A DNA stretch of 64,000 nt, from contig OX597820.1 in NCBI GenBank assembly GCA_951406725.2, positions 79,050,001 to 79,114,000 of the forward strand. The letters are read 5' to 3'. Under the pieces are notes generated by a model. That model searched no databases. It saw only the letters and a program-made list of their open reading frames with translations, and had not been told where the DNA came from. This DNA is from Octopus vulgaris (Eukaryota). Positions within the stretch are counted from its first letter, which is position 1, and each line of letters opens with the position of its first letter. Position numbers and translations under genes: made by a program. Below are positions 50,367 to 62,624 of this stretch, in pieces.

Positions 50367-52218
50367 TATTACTAATTAGTTATGCAATGCTCACTATAAT
50401 AACATTAATTTAAATGAAAATGTACTTTAGTCAGATTTGATTATATCTATTCATTAAAATAATTATATACCTAATAAATAAAAATCTTATTAACTTTTCT
50501 TTTCCAAATATCTCAAAGACGAAAATTGATTTATTGTCAGAAAGATGAAAAATTGTAACGTTTCGTGTTAAGGTATTCAATTTGCTTGCTCGGAATCTTA
50601 ATCTTCACTGTAAATCAATATATTTCCCTTTTGAACTGTTTAAAGTTACAATTTTATTTTTACGTAGACCATTACTAGTTTTTTAGAATCCTGTTTTTTT
50701 TTTTTGAAAGAAGGAAAAAAATTCACAAGATAGAAGTCGCTCGACCGGAGAACCACAAGACTAATAGTTTTTTTTTTCCTGGTGGCGTCGGCTGGAATAT
50801 ATATATCTTAGTCATCAGCAGTGAATATACTGAATATACAAAATAATGCCACGATACTATGTTAAATGTTTTCAATCCTCATGAATTGTCAACAAATGAC
50901 TGAAATTTTTTGTTTCTTTTTCTTATTATGCGTAAGAAATTAAATAAAAAGGGCTCCCCACCGCTCAATGTGTCTAATGCCATCAAATATAAATTGTGTA
51001 CGAGTCACGTACTGTTAGTTAATAACTAATTTAAAATATTTTTTGTTTTATTATTTTGATTATAGCATTTAAATAAAATATGACCTTCTTTCAGTGACTT
51101 TTTTCTCGGACACCATTTATGTCGAGTGAATCATGTCTGCATTTCTATCTTCTGAGGAAGCCTTTTGTTTATAGACTCATATTACTCTCTGGGAATAGCA
51201 GGAATAACAGTTTTCTATGTCCTTTAACGGACCATTGGGTCACCGCCACAGTTCTTTTGTATATTTAGTACGTCAAGTAAAAGTCGACCACACGGAGCCT
51301 GCTTCTTTTGAAGCCATTGAAAAACTAACAAAACATTTACAATGATACTTCTGTTTACTGAAGTAAGTTGTTCATATTTTGGGTTACCTATTTACAACTT
51401 CCTCTTTTAACAAAGTAATGAAACGGCCTACATTTGAGTTTTGTGCCATACTCAAATTTAAACCGCTGGTTTTATTCGGATATGAAATGTGAGGTAGCTT
51501 TAGTTCGAGTGACAGCCATCGAATGAGCTGAATACCAATAAAGATTTCGTTGGGTGGTTCGATTGCTCTAAAATTTAAGGTAGTATTACTTGTTTATTAA
51601 TGTTCTATTTCAAGGTTGGGCTGCTTTAAAAGTGATACACCGATACAGTAAAAGCAAAACAGCAGGTTAGTTTGAGGCCATATCAAATATCTTGACAGTT
51701 TCATTCATCGGATAATGTCGCTGAAATGGGAGGTAAGTGAATAGGTAAGGGAAGTTTGGAATCTGAGGATAGTAATGAGGGTTTGTGTCTCCAACTATAG
51801 ACTGAAAAGTGTGCATAACACCGGATAAGCTTAATTACCATGAAGAGTAGAAAGTGTAACGTTCTAGTCTCTTACACTTCAACAGAGAGTAAAAGAAAAA
51901 GGTGGAGCGTGACACAGTTATTCGTTCAAAAGCTCCGAGTAAACTTGACATTTTTGTGCGTTTAATTTCTAAAATTATTTATGGTAGGATCACAAAAGAA
52001 AAATTTACACCATGTGCCTATTATGTATGGTTTCTCGCTGGTTCGATCTCTGAATTGTAAGACAGGAGATTGTGGTGTCATCTAGGTAAACAGATGCCTT
52101 CGTCTTTTTCGCCGCTCTGGTGAAGGATTAACATGCTAATGGGGTTTACACTCCTCACCACACATGGTAACTAAAATTATGTCATTTCTGGGACCCTCTT
52201 TTTGTCTAATATATAAAG

Positions 52219-52250
<32 letters not shown>

Positions 52251-52818
52251 GATAGTTAGGTGTGTATGTATGTATATCTATCAATCAATCATGTATAACA
52301 TGTGCTCAGGTCAAACAATTGCATCAACTCCGATATTAAGTGCAAAGATACAGGCCCTGCCTAAATTAGTTCCCTATGGCTATAGGTCGACTGATGTGCG
52401 TATCATGAAACAAAAAGTATGGTATGTTTATATATCTCTATTCAATGTTATAAATTAATGATTTGATAACCTGAGTCTAACTGTTCATGCTTTTATGTAT
52501 CTGTCTCTTTGATGATACAAACTAGACGAATACATTGCTTTTGTTTATTTGCTTTGGAGTTATAAGGTGTGACACAAGGACCAAGGTTTCATGTTACAGC
52601 TACACAGCAATTGTCAATTTGTAAAGTAAAATGGCATCAGTTATAGAAATGGAAGCAAGTTCACAGAAGCACACTTCTTACTATACTCGTCACCAAAAAA
52701 ACTGAAAATTGATTTCTTATGACACACAATTGCTAACAATCGACAACATCGGCTCCAGTTAATTTTCAACTATAAATTTTGTCGAACACGGAAAGTTGAA
52801 GAGCAAAGTTGATCCATC

Positions 52819-53219
52819 GGATCTTTTCGATTTGAATGGCAGTTTTTTCTAGCGGTGTCATATGAAATTGTCACCCATAATTATGACCCTAGTATCGATC
52901 TATTGCATTTCAATCTATTTTAGGGTTAGGGTGGGGGAAGGGTATCTTTTTTTCTTCACAAATGTAAATAAACCCAATCTGTTTCTTAAACGAGGGACAT
53001 TTTCATACGGCACAGAATGTTTTCATCTCAATAGACGTCATTGATTGGTTGAAATTGAAGAAAAAACAACAACAAATATCTTACAAACTATAGAATTTTC
53101 TCAATAAAGCCAAGAGAAAAAAATGTTTTATAAACACATTCTACCAGTATACGAAATTTAAAAGTGTTTAGTTACGTGGAAATTATTAAAAAAAACTGCC
53201 GTTCAAACCGAAAAGATCC
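52819..53219. mobile_element. Merlin-like MITE
   Basis: TIRs GGATCTTTTCG..TTGAA / TTCAAACCGAAAAGATCC. Perfect 8-bp TSD GATCCATC at 52811-18 and 53220-27. Confidence 0.85.
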
Positions 53220-53409
53220 GATCCATCTTCTATGTGAACTCGGAATAGCGAAGAATGAAACATTTGGTCAGGTATTTTGCTGTTTCCGCTTTCTTTCGAT
53301 ACTGAATAATTATGAATCAGTTAAAGAAAAACAGACTTAATTGCCATGGTCTATGTCGATATTCTCTTTGTGCAGCATGTATTCATGTCAGGCCAACAGG
53401 TAGTCGTGT

Positions 53410-53602
53410 GTTATAAAAGCAAATCAATGTTACGGTGTTAGTGAAGATGGCGGCCATTTAGATTTAGATCCAAGCACGTGCGTTCATGTTTACGATGAAA
53501 GCAATCAATAGACAAACAGTTTTCGGCGCCAAAGTTTAAGCTATTAGGGAACAATGTATTGCGTAAAAAAATTTCTAACAGGTAGAGAGCAACCAGGTAA
53601 GG
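53410..53602 (+). promoter_or_regulatory. Candidate Pol II promoter and non-coding first exon of a divergent gene
   Basis: TATAAAAG at 53412, YY1 consensus AAGATGGCGGCC at 53444-53455, E-box CACGTG at 53475, E2F-type TTTTCGGCGCCAAA at 53520-53533, and donor CAG|GTAAGG at 53596/53597. Confidence 0.55.
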
Positions 53603-53854
53603 TGTTCACTAATTAGCTAAAGTTATTGCAACAACAACAAAAAATGGATTAGAAAAAAATTTACATTTTTATTATTGTTTCGGATTTTAATAATTCTCAC
53701 TAAGCAATTTTGCTTTTCGTTTTATCTTAACAAGGCAGCAGCTGGTGCGATAGTCATGCTAAAGGGTTTATAATGTGTTTCCAAAGGTTTTATGGTATGA
53801 TTAAAGTGAAATGGCATCAACTGGGAATGTTAGGGTTAAAAAGATATTTTTTTT

Positions 53855-55134
53855 GTTTCTGTCATTCGACTGCGGTTATACTGGGGCATCGCATTGAAAG
53901 GTTTTAGTTGAGCAAATTTACGCTAGTACTTATTTTTAAAGCCTGGTTATTCTATCGGCTATTTTTGCCGAACCACAGAGTTACGGGAACATACACTAAC
54001 CAACACCGGTTGTTAAGCAGTGATGGGATACTGAAAGAGACACGTAGGATCTTTTCGTTTTGAACGGCAGTTTTCAACACAATTTCTAGTTAACTAAACA
54101 CTTTTAAACTTCGTATACTGGTAGAATGTGTTTATAAAACATCATTTTTTCTTGGCTTTATTGAGAAAATTCTACAGTTTGTAAGATATTTCCATTTTAA
54201 AATCGAGCATTTCGGCAATTTTAACCAATCGCTGGAGTCCATTTGGGGTGAAAACATTCCGTGCTGTATGAATATGTCCCTCGTTTAAGAAACATATTGG
54301 GTTTATTTACATTTACAAAGAAAAAAAGATACCCTTCCCCAACCCCTAAAACAGATTGAAATGCAATAGATCGATACTAGGGTTATAATTATGGGTGACA
54401 TTTTCATTTGACACTGCGAGAAAAAAATCTCATTTTCCGTAGCGGTGTCTTAGAATTTTCTCAATAAAGCCAAGAAAAAATGATGTTTTATAAACACATT
54501 CTACCAGTATATGAAGTTTAAAAGTGTTTAGTTAACTAGAAATCGTGTTGACATATGCTGTTCAAAAGGAAAAGATCCAACACATATATGCATACATGTA
54601 TATACGACGGGTTTCTTTCAGTTTCCGTCTACCAAATCCACTCAAAGCTTTGGCCGGCCTGTGGCTATAGTAGAAAACTCTTGCACATGGTGCCACTCAT
54701 TGGGGTTGAACTTGGAACCATGTCGTTGAGAAACTAACTTCTTATTGAACGGCCATGCATGTGCCTATACATGTGTTGTGTGTGTATGTGTATATATACA
54801 CATCCCGGCCAACGCATCCCTTGTGATTTAATGGCAGTGCCTCAGCATGGCCACAGCTCGTGAGCTGAAACTAAATGAAATATATGTGTGTGTGTATGTA
54901 TATATATATGTTTGTGTGTGTATGTATATGTATGTATACTTGTTTCAGTCATTTGACTGCGGCCATGTTGGAGCACCGCCTTTAGTCGAGCAACTCGACC
55001 CCAGGACTTATTCTTTTTGCAAGCCCAGTACTTATTCTATTGGTTTCTTTTTGCCGAACCGCTAAGTGACGGGGACGTAAACACACCAGCATTGGTTGTC
55101 AAGTAATGCTAGGGGAACAAACACAGACACACAA

Positions 55135-55169
<35 letters not shown>

Positions 55170-55326
55170 CATATATACGACAGGCTTCTTTCAGTTTCCG
55201 TCTACCAAATTCACTCACAAGGCTTTGGTCGGCCCGGGGCTATAGCAGAAGACACTTGCCCAAGATGCCACGCAGTGGGACTGAACCCGGAACCATGTGG
55301 TTGGTTAGCAAGCTACTTACCACACA
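53855..55326 (-). mobile_element. Two family A SINEs (53855-54765 split by a Merlin-like MITE; 54938-55326 well preserved)
   Basis: Reverse-complement family A motifs. The 54938-55326 copy retains many CpGs. Confidence 0.8.
54047..54578. mobile_element. Merlin-like MITE (rearranged), nested in a SINE
   Basis: Same GGATCTTTTC termini. Degenerate TSD GACACGTA/AACACATA. The interior is the reverse complement of the 52.8 and 57.9 kb copies plus a duplicated arm. Confidence 0.8.
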
Positions 55327-55966
55327 TCCTTGTCTAGACATCATATGATGGTTGTAAATTAGCATCACCATCATACAAGTGAGATTGCTCATTTCCAATA
55401 TTCTCTGAAATGCTTTATCTCGTTCTGGAACAACATTATCTCGCTGTGGAAACAAGCTAGGGTTAATGACAGAAAGGTTGTCCAGCTGTAGAAAACCTGG
55501 CTCAGTAAATTTTGCCTGACTGATGCAGGCATGGAAAAAAGGATGTTAAATGATGCTGAATGTAATATTTCAGGATTTACATTTGCCTTCTGTTTTTTGA
55601 AGGTTGAAATCTGTTAAGATTGAGTGACAGAAAAAGAACTATGTTGAGCTAAATATCTTTCAGGGTTTACTTCTGCCTTGTGTTCTTGGGGTCCAGATTT
55701 CATCAGATTTGGTTATGGCTTCCATGAAGACTCATTACAAATAGATATCAATAATATGCCAGGTCAATCCAAAGTATTTGGTGACCTTGTTGGTGCTGGT
55801 ACCACATAAAAAGTACCTGATACACTCTGTAAAGTGATTGGTATTAAGGAAGGGCATGTACCTGGAGAAACCAAGCCAAAACATAATTGAACTTAGTAGT
55901 GCAACCTCTGGTCTTACCAGATCCTCTTGAGCCATCCAACTCATGCCAGCATGGAAAACGGACAAA

Positions 55967-56309
55967 CCCTTTCGTACCGTATTTATTTTGAGATTCTCTG
56001 TGTTTCTTTCAATTAATTTTAAATACAAAGAATTTAATAAAATTAAGCTAGTGTTAGGAACATAAATTGTGACTAAGGTTTGGTGGAAGATTTTACTTCA
56101 AAACTTATGAAAACAAGACATTTGTACACAGAGCCAGAAGTGGTTTCAGCCAGTTTGGTAAGGAAAGGGTTAAAGAGCTCAGAACTTGGAGATAGAAATT
56201 AAAACAGAACTGGAAAACATACAATACAGACATGGCAAATACCTTCTTTTTTCAGGACATTTCTACTACAAAGCCAGAGCCGGTTTCAGCCAGGTTGCTA
56301 TCAAATGGG
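55967..56309. mobile_element. piggyBac-like MITE(s) with duplicated right end, inserted in the tail of a (GAT)n repeat
   Basis: Starts CCCTTTCGTACC. Two similar right ends, AAAGGG|TTAA at 56169 and ATGGG|TTAA at 56309. The host resumes as aatgatgatgat. Confidence 0.55.
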
Positions 56310-56864
56310 TTAAATGATGATGATAATGAATGTCATTAATTAATCCCTGCTTTTTTATCTAAAGAACTAACCTTTAGCGTAGTTGGTAACAATGCCTTTT
56401 TGTTTATCCCCAGGTAAATTCTGAGTGAATTTATTCTCAAAGGCATTCTGGCTATTACTACTACATTTTTTTCCTAAACTCAATGCACCCAGGATCACAG
56501 GAGCCAGCGTGTCCTGCTTTATTAAGATAACAATGTGATTTGTGGGAGGGTTTTCTATTGGCTTTGTCAAGAGGACAATGAAGAGGCTCCCTCACTAGCT
56601 TTCAGTGCATAGTTCCAAAATGCTATTGGGTTACTGAGATATCACTGAAAATTCAGCTTTCATGTAAGGATTCATGAGAAATACTTATCAAGTATTGGGG
56701 TCAATTTAACTGATACACATGTCATCCAGGCTTCTTCACACACAGCCACCATGGTTGGGTATTGTGAGCAAGTCTTCTTATTACTATTTCTGTTTTAGGG
56801 ATGGATGAAAAGTAACACCCCAGTTATTATTAGATTTACAAGGCAATGTTGGAATAATGCTGCA

Positions 56865-57230
56865 CATGGATGTGTGGTAAGAAGCTTGCTTCTCAACCAC
56901 ATAGTTCCAGGTTCAACCCCTGCGTGGCACCTTGGGCAAATGTCTTCTATTATTGCTTTGGGCTGACTAAATTCTTGTGAGGGGATTTGGTTGGCAGAAA
57001 CTGAAAGAAGCCCGTAGTATATATGTATATGTTTGTGCGTCTGTGTTTGCCCCCCCCCCCCCACCACACACCATTGCTTGACAACCGATGTTGGTATGTT
57101 TACATCCCTGTAAATTAGCGGTTCAGCAAAAGAGACCGATACAATAAGTCCTGGGGTCGATTTGTTTGACTAGAGGCAGTGCTCCAGCATGGCCACATTC
57201 AAATGACTGAAAGAGGTAAAAGAATAAAAA
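56865..57230 (+). mobile_element. Family A SINE
   Basis: Family A head, core and tail. Confidence 0.8.
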
Positions 57231-57939
57231 AAAATATCCTATAATTGTGAAACATTCTTCACGGTATCCAGTTGAGAAAAAGATGTGAATATTATGCCTT
57301 GGCCTTAAACAATGAAGTGGTTATGACCGCATCTAAACAGTTAATCTATCTTGGATGATAAATAACTTAGACATGCAGTCTGCATGAAATAACAAAAGCT
57401 AAGTTAGCATTAACACTATTAAAACAGAGAGCATTAAAAAGCTATCAAAAAGTAATTATACAGTGATGAGTGAACTGCAGATCTTTACCTTTTATCCGTT
57501 CTGGGTCGATAAAATAAGTACAAGTTGCGTGATGGGGTCCACGTAATCGACTTACCCCCACTCCACCGAAATTGCTGGCCTTGTGCCAAAATTTGAAACA
57601 ATTTTTTCCGATTATTTGTAAGGGAGATAACTCCTGGAATTTTTTATTTTTTTAAATATGACGTCAAAGAAGCATACACAAGTTTTCTGTTATGATTCTA
57701 TTCATACCTCGGATACTGTACAGACATATTAAATCGACACCCGTACTTATCTGGTACTTTATTTTATTGACTCTGGAAGATTAAAAGGCATTTATGACTT
57801 TGACGGTATTTGAACTCAGAACGTAAAGAACCGTAACTTAATGCTGCAGATATTTTGTTTGGTTTACTAATGAATTAAGCCATTATGTCACCTTACAGGA
57901 AAGGCATCTGGTTGGAGAATATCTGCTTCAACAAATTCT

Positions 57940-58358
57940 GGATCTTTTCGGTTTGAACGGCAGTTTTTTCTAGCGGTATCATATGAAATTGTCACCCATA
58001 ATTATGACCCTAGTATCGATCTATTGCATTTCAATCTGTTTTAGGGTTAGGATTAGGGGTGGGGGGAAGAGTATCTTTTTTTCTTCAGAAATGTAAATAA
58101 ACCCAATCTGTTTCTTAAACGAGGGACATATTCATACGGCACAGAATGTTTTTTTTTTACCTCAATGGACGTCATTGATTGGTTAAAATTGCAGAAATTG
58201 AAGGAAAAAACAACAAATATCTTACAAACTATAGAATTTTCTCAATAAAGCCAAGAGAAAAGATGTTTTATAAACACATTCTACCAGTATAAGAAGTTTA
58301 AAATTTTTTAGTTACCTAGAAATTATGTTAAAAACTGCCGTTCAAACCAAAAAGATCC
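57940..58358. mobile_element. Merlin-like MITE
   Basis: Same TIRs. Perfect 8-bp TSD CAAATTCT at 57932-39 and 58359-66. Highly similar to 52819-53219. Confidence 0.85.
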
Positions 58359-59044
58359 CAAATTCTGTCTGAACTCATGCAAGTATGGAAAACAGCCATT
58401 AAATGATGGTGATATAGTATACACAATGCAGTGTGAACCCTAAGTATATTGGCGTTTTTACTGTGACACAATCAGTTCCTCAAGACCCATTGTGCCGCAT
58501 TTTGTCACAGAATAGGATTAAGCAGAAAATATATTGGTCTTTCTCTCCTTGAAAATAGTGGTAAATGAGAGTTTATACATTTGAAAATACCAGAACACTG
58601 ACGTTTTGAGGGAGTTAAACAGTTTAGATAGATTTTTATTTGAACAGAATGCAGTACAGTAGAGCTTATCTTAATTACAAAGCAATTAAACCTCTCTCTC
58701 TCTCCCCTTCTCCCTTTGAAAATGTTCACACAGGAATCTATCATGGTTTTAAAGGGATTAAACACATGATATATCTGTGAACCAAATGTCAATACACTGC
58801 ATCTTATTGTAGTAGGGGATTAAACTGTTAAAAGGTCCCTTCTCCTCCCTCTGTGTGTGTGTGTGTGTGTGTACAGAACGCTAATACACAAAATTTCAGA
58901 ATTTTGAAGATATTAAATAGTTATAAGGTATTTGTGTGAATGGAAGCCAACAAGGAGGCCAGTGTATGGTTGCTCAACTTGCTAGAAGCAGCAACCAAAT
59001 CTCTTAATTTTACACAGCCATTTTTCGAAGTCAGTAGAGAAAGT

Positions 59045-59400
59045 ATAGCTGTGTGGTTAAGAAGCTTGCTTTGCAACCACATGGTTTTAGGTTCAGTCCT
59101 ACTGTGTGGCATGGCACCTTGGATGTCTTCTACTATAGCCTAGAACTGACCAATGATTTGTAAGGAAATTCGGTGGCAGAAACTTTGTGTGTGTGTGTGT
59201 TTATCCATCTTTGCCAACTACTTGGCAACTGCTGTTGACTTGTTTACATCCCCATAACTTAGCAGTTCAGCAAGTAAGATTGATAGAATAAATATCAGAC
59301 TTTAAAAAAAAAAAAAGTATTGGAGTGAATTGTTTGACTAAAACCCTTCAAGGTGGTGCCCCAGCATGACTTCAGTCCAATGACTGAAACGAGTAAAAGA
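59045..59400 (+). mobile_element. Family A SINE
   Basis: Family A head, core and tail. Confidence 0.75.
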
Positions 59401-60346
59401 AGAGTGTGTTGAAAAGAAAAATGGTCTGAGATGAAATTGATGAATAAAGTATCAGTTTGGGAGATGAATGGATAGAATAATTAGAAGATGAGATACCTTG
59501 TGAGTACTGTTCTAGCTCTTTGAGCCCTAAATTCAAAGATTATTTTAGACATTCTCTCAGGAGAAGTTCTTTAGTAAAATGTTCAAGTATATCATTTTCC
59601 ATGTCAGCACAGAGCTCATAAGCGGAAGCATTGTTCCAGAAAGAACTACGCATTTGAATAAATAAATCCATCCAACTATATTCTGCACTCATTATTTCTG
59701 GGAAAGTTTACAGAGGTTAGAGTTCTCAGGTAGCTCTTCCATAGGGTCCTATCAGAAGCAACTATCATTACACTTTTCTGCTGGACACCCAAGCATGACC
59801 AACTATGAGACTATGGATATCATCCAACCCTCTCTGTCTCTCTTAGGTCTCCTGCCAGTTGGCCCAGCTTGAAGAGTCTCTCTTACAATTCTTTCCTGCA
59901 ACATTCTAATCACATATCCATGTTTGTGAAGCTGTACACTCTCAGTGTGCAGGTCCAGTACAAACACCAGGTTGGTGCCTGGTAGGAATTAGAATTCCAC
60001 AAGCTGCAATGCGAAAAGGCTTCAAAAGAATAAACAAATGATTTTGTCTAATTATTTTATTTGTTTTTAATGTTTTTTTTTGTATTTATTTCATATAAAT
60101 GGGTAAGAAATTATAAATCTTTAACTATAAATTGTTCAATCATTCAAGTTGGAGTGACGAAAAAATTCAAAGTTCCAAACTAAATACTATCCCAAAATAT
60201 TAGTAAAACAAAGTACCAGGCTTAAAATTCATTTGACTAAAACTTTTTCAGTGCCCCAGCATAGTCGCAATCTACTGACTAAAACAAGTAATGGATGAAA
60301 AAATAAAGATATGCACATCTAAAAATAGAATCACTTATACAGCCAT

Positions 60347-60382
<36 letters not shown>

Positions 60383-61032
60383 CACATAAATACACTCATC
60401 TGTTCAGGTCATTTTTCTCAATAAAAAATTTAGCTTAAGCATTACCACCATATTTGATGGTACGTAAGATGCCCCCCACCCCCACCCCAACATGGCTCAA
60501 AAATCATCCCTTCAAGTCCTTTATCGAAGTTGGGCTTCCCATAAGCTTTTAAGGCCCTGAAACCTTTTAGCTTGAATATTCATTGCTGTAATTAGAATTT
60601 GTCTAATATGTCTGTTTTCAGTCTAGACTTTCTAACATCAATTCAAACTGTGATTCTGTGTCTTCAATGGTTGGTCCTTTGGATGATATTGTTGTTGTTG
60701 TTGATGGTGTGGATCCAAGGATTTGAGGAACCTAAAAATTGAAAAAAACAAAAGAAAATAAAATTAAGTGAAATAGAATTAGAATTTTTCAAAATGTTCC
60801 CAAACACATAGAGATACATATTTATATTTATAATTCTGAGCTTGTCGAGTCTAGGGGTGGTACAAGAGCAAACTCTCAACACATGTGAAAGTTCTTCTTA
60901 TAGAAAGCCTCACAACAGCTTTTGATGACCATGTTTAGCTTTAGGCCCTCAAAAATCTGATATTAAGGTTTCGTATTGCAGTACTTATCTACTGATTATC
61001 TGAGGGATATGAAACAACCAATATATATAATA

Positions 61033-61372
61033 GTGAAGGCGCACAGCTCAGTGGTTAGAGCGTCGAGCTTACGATCGTGAGGTTGTGAGTTTGAATCCCA
61101 AACCGGGCTGTGTGTTGTGTTCTTGAGCAAGACACTTTATTTTACGTTGCTCCAGTTCACTCAGCTGTAGAAATGAGTTGCAATGTCACAGGTGCCAAGC
61201 TGTATTGGCCTTTGCCTTTCCCTTGGATAACACTGGTGGCATGGATAACATGGTATGCATGGGCAGCTGCTGTTCTTCCACAAACAATTTTGCCTGGACT
61301 TGTGCCTCAGAGGGGAACTTTCTAGGCACAATCCCAATCCCATGGTCAGTCATGACTGAAGGGGGTCTTAGC
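61033..61372 (+). mobile_element. tRNA-derived SINE of a distinct family
   Basis: A box CAGCTCAGTGGTTAGAGC, B box GAGTTTGAATCCC, then GTGTTCTTGAGCAAGACACT and CAGTTCACTCAGCTGTAG. Confidence 0.75.
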
Positions 61373-61644
61373 AATATAAATATATGCATATATACATATA
61401 TATATACATACCTACACATATATATATATATATATATATGCATGTATTGGTACAGGACACCAAAAAAACGTGAACAAAATGAGAAACAAGAACATAAAAA
61501 ACAAAATCATAGAAAATGAACTTTTTTCGAACAAGGAAAGAAACAAATAGAGAAACGAGACAGGCAACATAAAGAACATTCCCTTCATCTGTTGTTCTGT
61601 TTTCTCTACTCTGCAATTTGAAGGTAGGGACAATATATATATAC

Positions 61645-61702
<58 letters not shown>

Positions 61703-62624
61703 TCATCGTTTAACGTCCGTTTTCCGCGCTAGCACGGGTTGGACGGTTCGACCGGGGTCTTGGGAGCCAGGGGCTGCCCCAGGCTCCAGTCTGATCTGGC
61801 AGTGTTTCTACAGCTGGATGCCCTTCCTAATGCCAACCACTCTGCGAGTGTAGTGGGTGCTTTTTACATGCCACCTGCACAGGTGCCAGAGGGGTCTGGC
61901 ATCGGCCACGATCAGTTGGTGCTTTTTTTTTTTTTTTTTTTGTGCTACCGGCACAGAAAATGAGATAGGGGTTGTAAATTCAACCCTCCATGGGATAACA
62001 TATATCCAATATACTGCTAGAGAAGTACCCAACAAAGCTAATACATAAATGTTAAAAATTGCGATGCAATTAATTCATTTACTGTATTAGGTGGGCAAAG
62101 GTAAAATTATTTTTACCGTAAATTAATAATACTACGACTATGTATGTATGTGCGCACGTTTTGTGGATGTGCGTGCGCGTGTGTATGTTTCCTAGCTAAC
62201 TAACCGTAAAATTTCTATTGTAATTCAAATTTAAAAGTATAGGCCAATCGAATGCATCTGTGAAAATTAATACCATGCAAACAGAGGAATTCAACTGAGT
62301 GCATATATATGCAGATATCCACTTGCATTGGATGGTACTATGGTGGTGGTATTAACTTTATTGACTTTTTGCGAAGTGACACATTTTAATATATTGAACT
62401 GTTTAATATATATGCCTGCATTGAGTGTGAGTGTGTCTATTGTGGTTTCTTGATGTTGGTTGAGGAGCTGTAGAGTTCAATATGGAACATTATTGTGTTT
62501 GTTGATGTATATTGATCTATATTGTTTATATTGTATTATTGTGTATATATATATATGTAAGAATATGAGTATGTATGCACTCATATTTATATTTATATGT
62601 AAATTATTTAGGATTTGTACTAAT

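Larger units (their letters stand above)
47966..51114 (+). mobile_element. Possible Mutator-like (MULE) relic
   Basis: Left AGCGTCCGGGTAAAAA..GTCAC with AAAAAGTC sub-repeats versus right GTGACTTTTTTCTCGGACACC. Internal SKIFWRCT (FLYWCH-like) near 49210. No TSD seen. Confidence 0.35.

Noticed and set aside
52920-52935. TTAGGGTTAGGG as an interstitial telomere
   Set aside because: Only two units, and part of the Merlin-like MITE interior shared with the 58 kb copy.
61036-61110. tRNA gene
   Set aside because: A and B boxes are present, but there is no proper acceptor stem and it runs into a SINE body.
61560-61630. Minus-strand CAGATGAAGGG as a hammerhead core
   Set aside because: The core is mismatched and no GAAA/stem II partner is found downstream.
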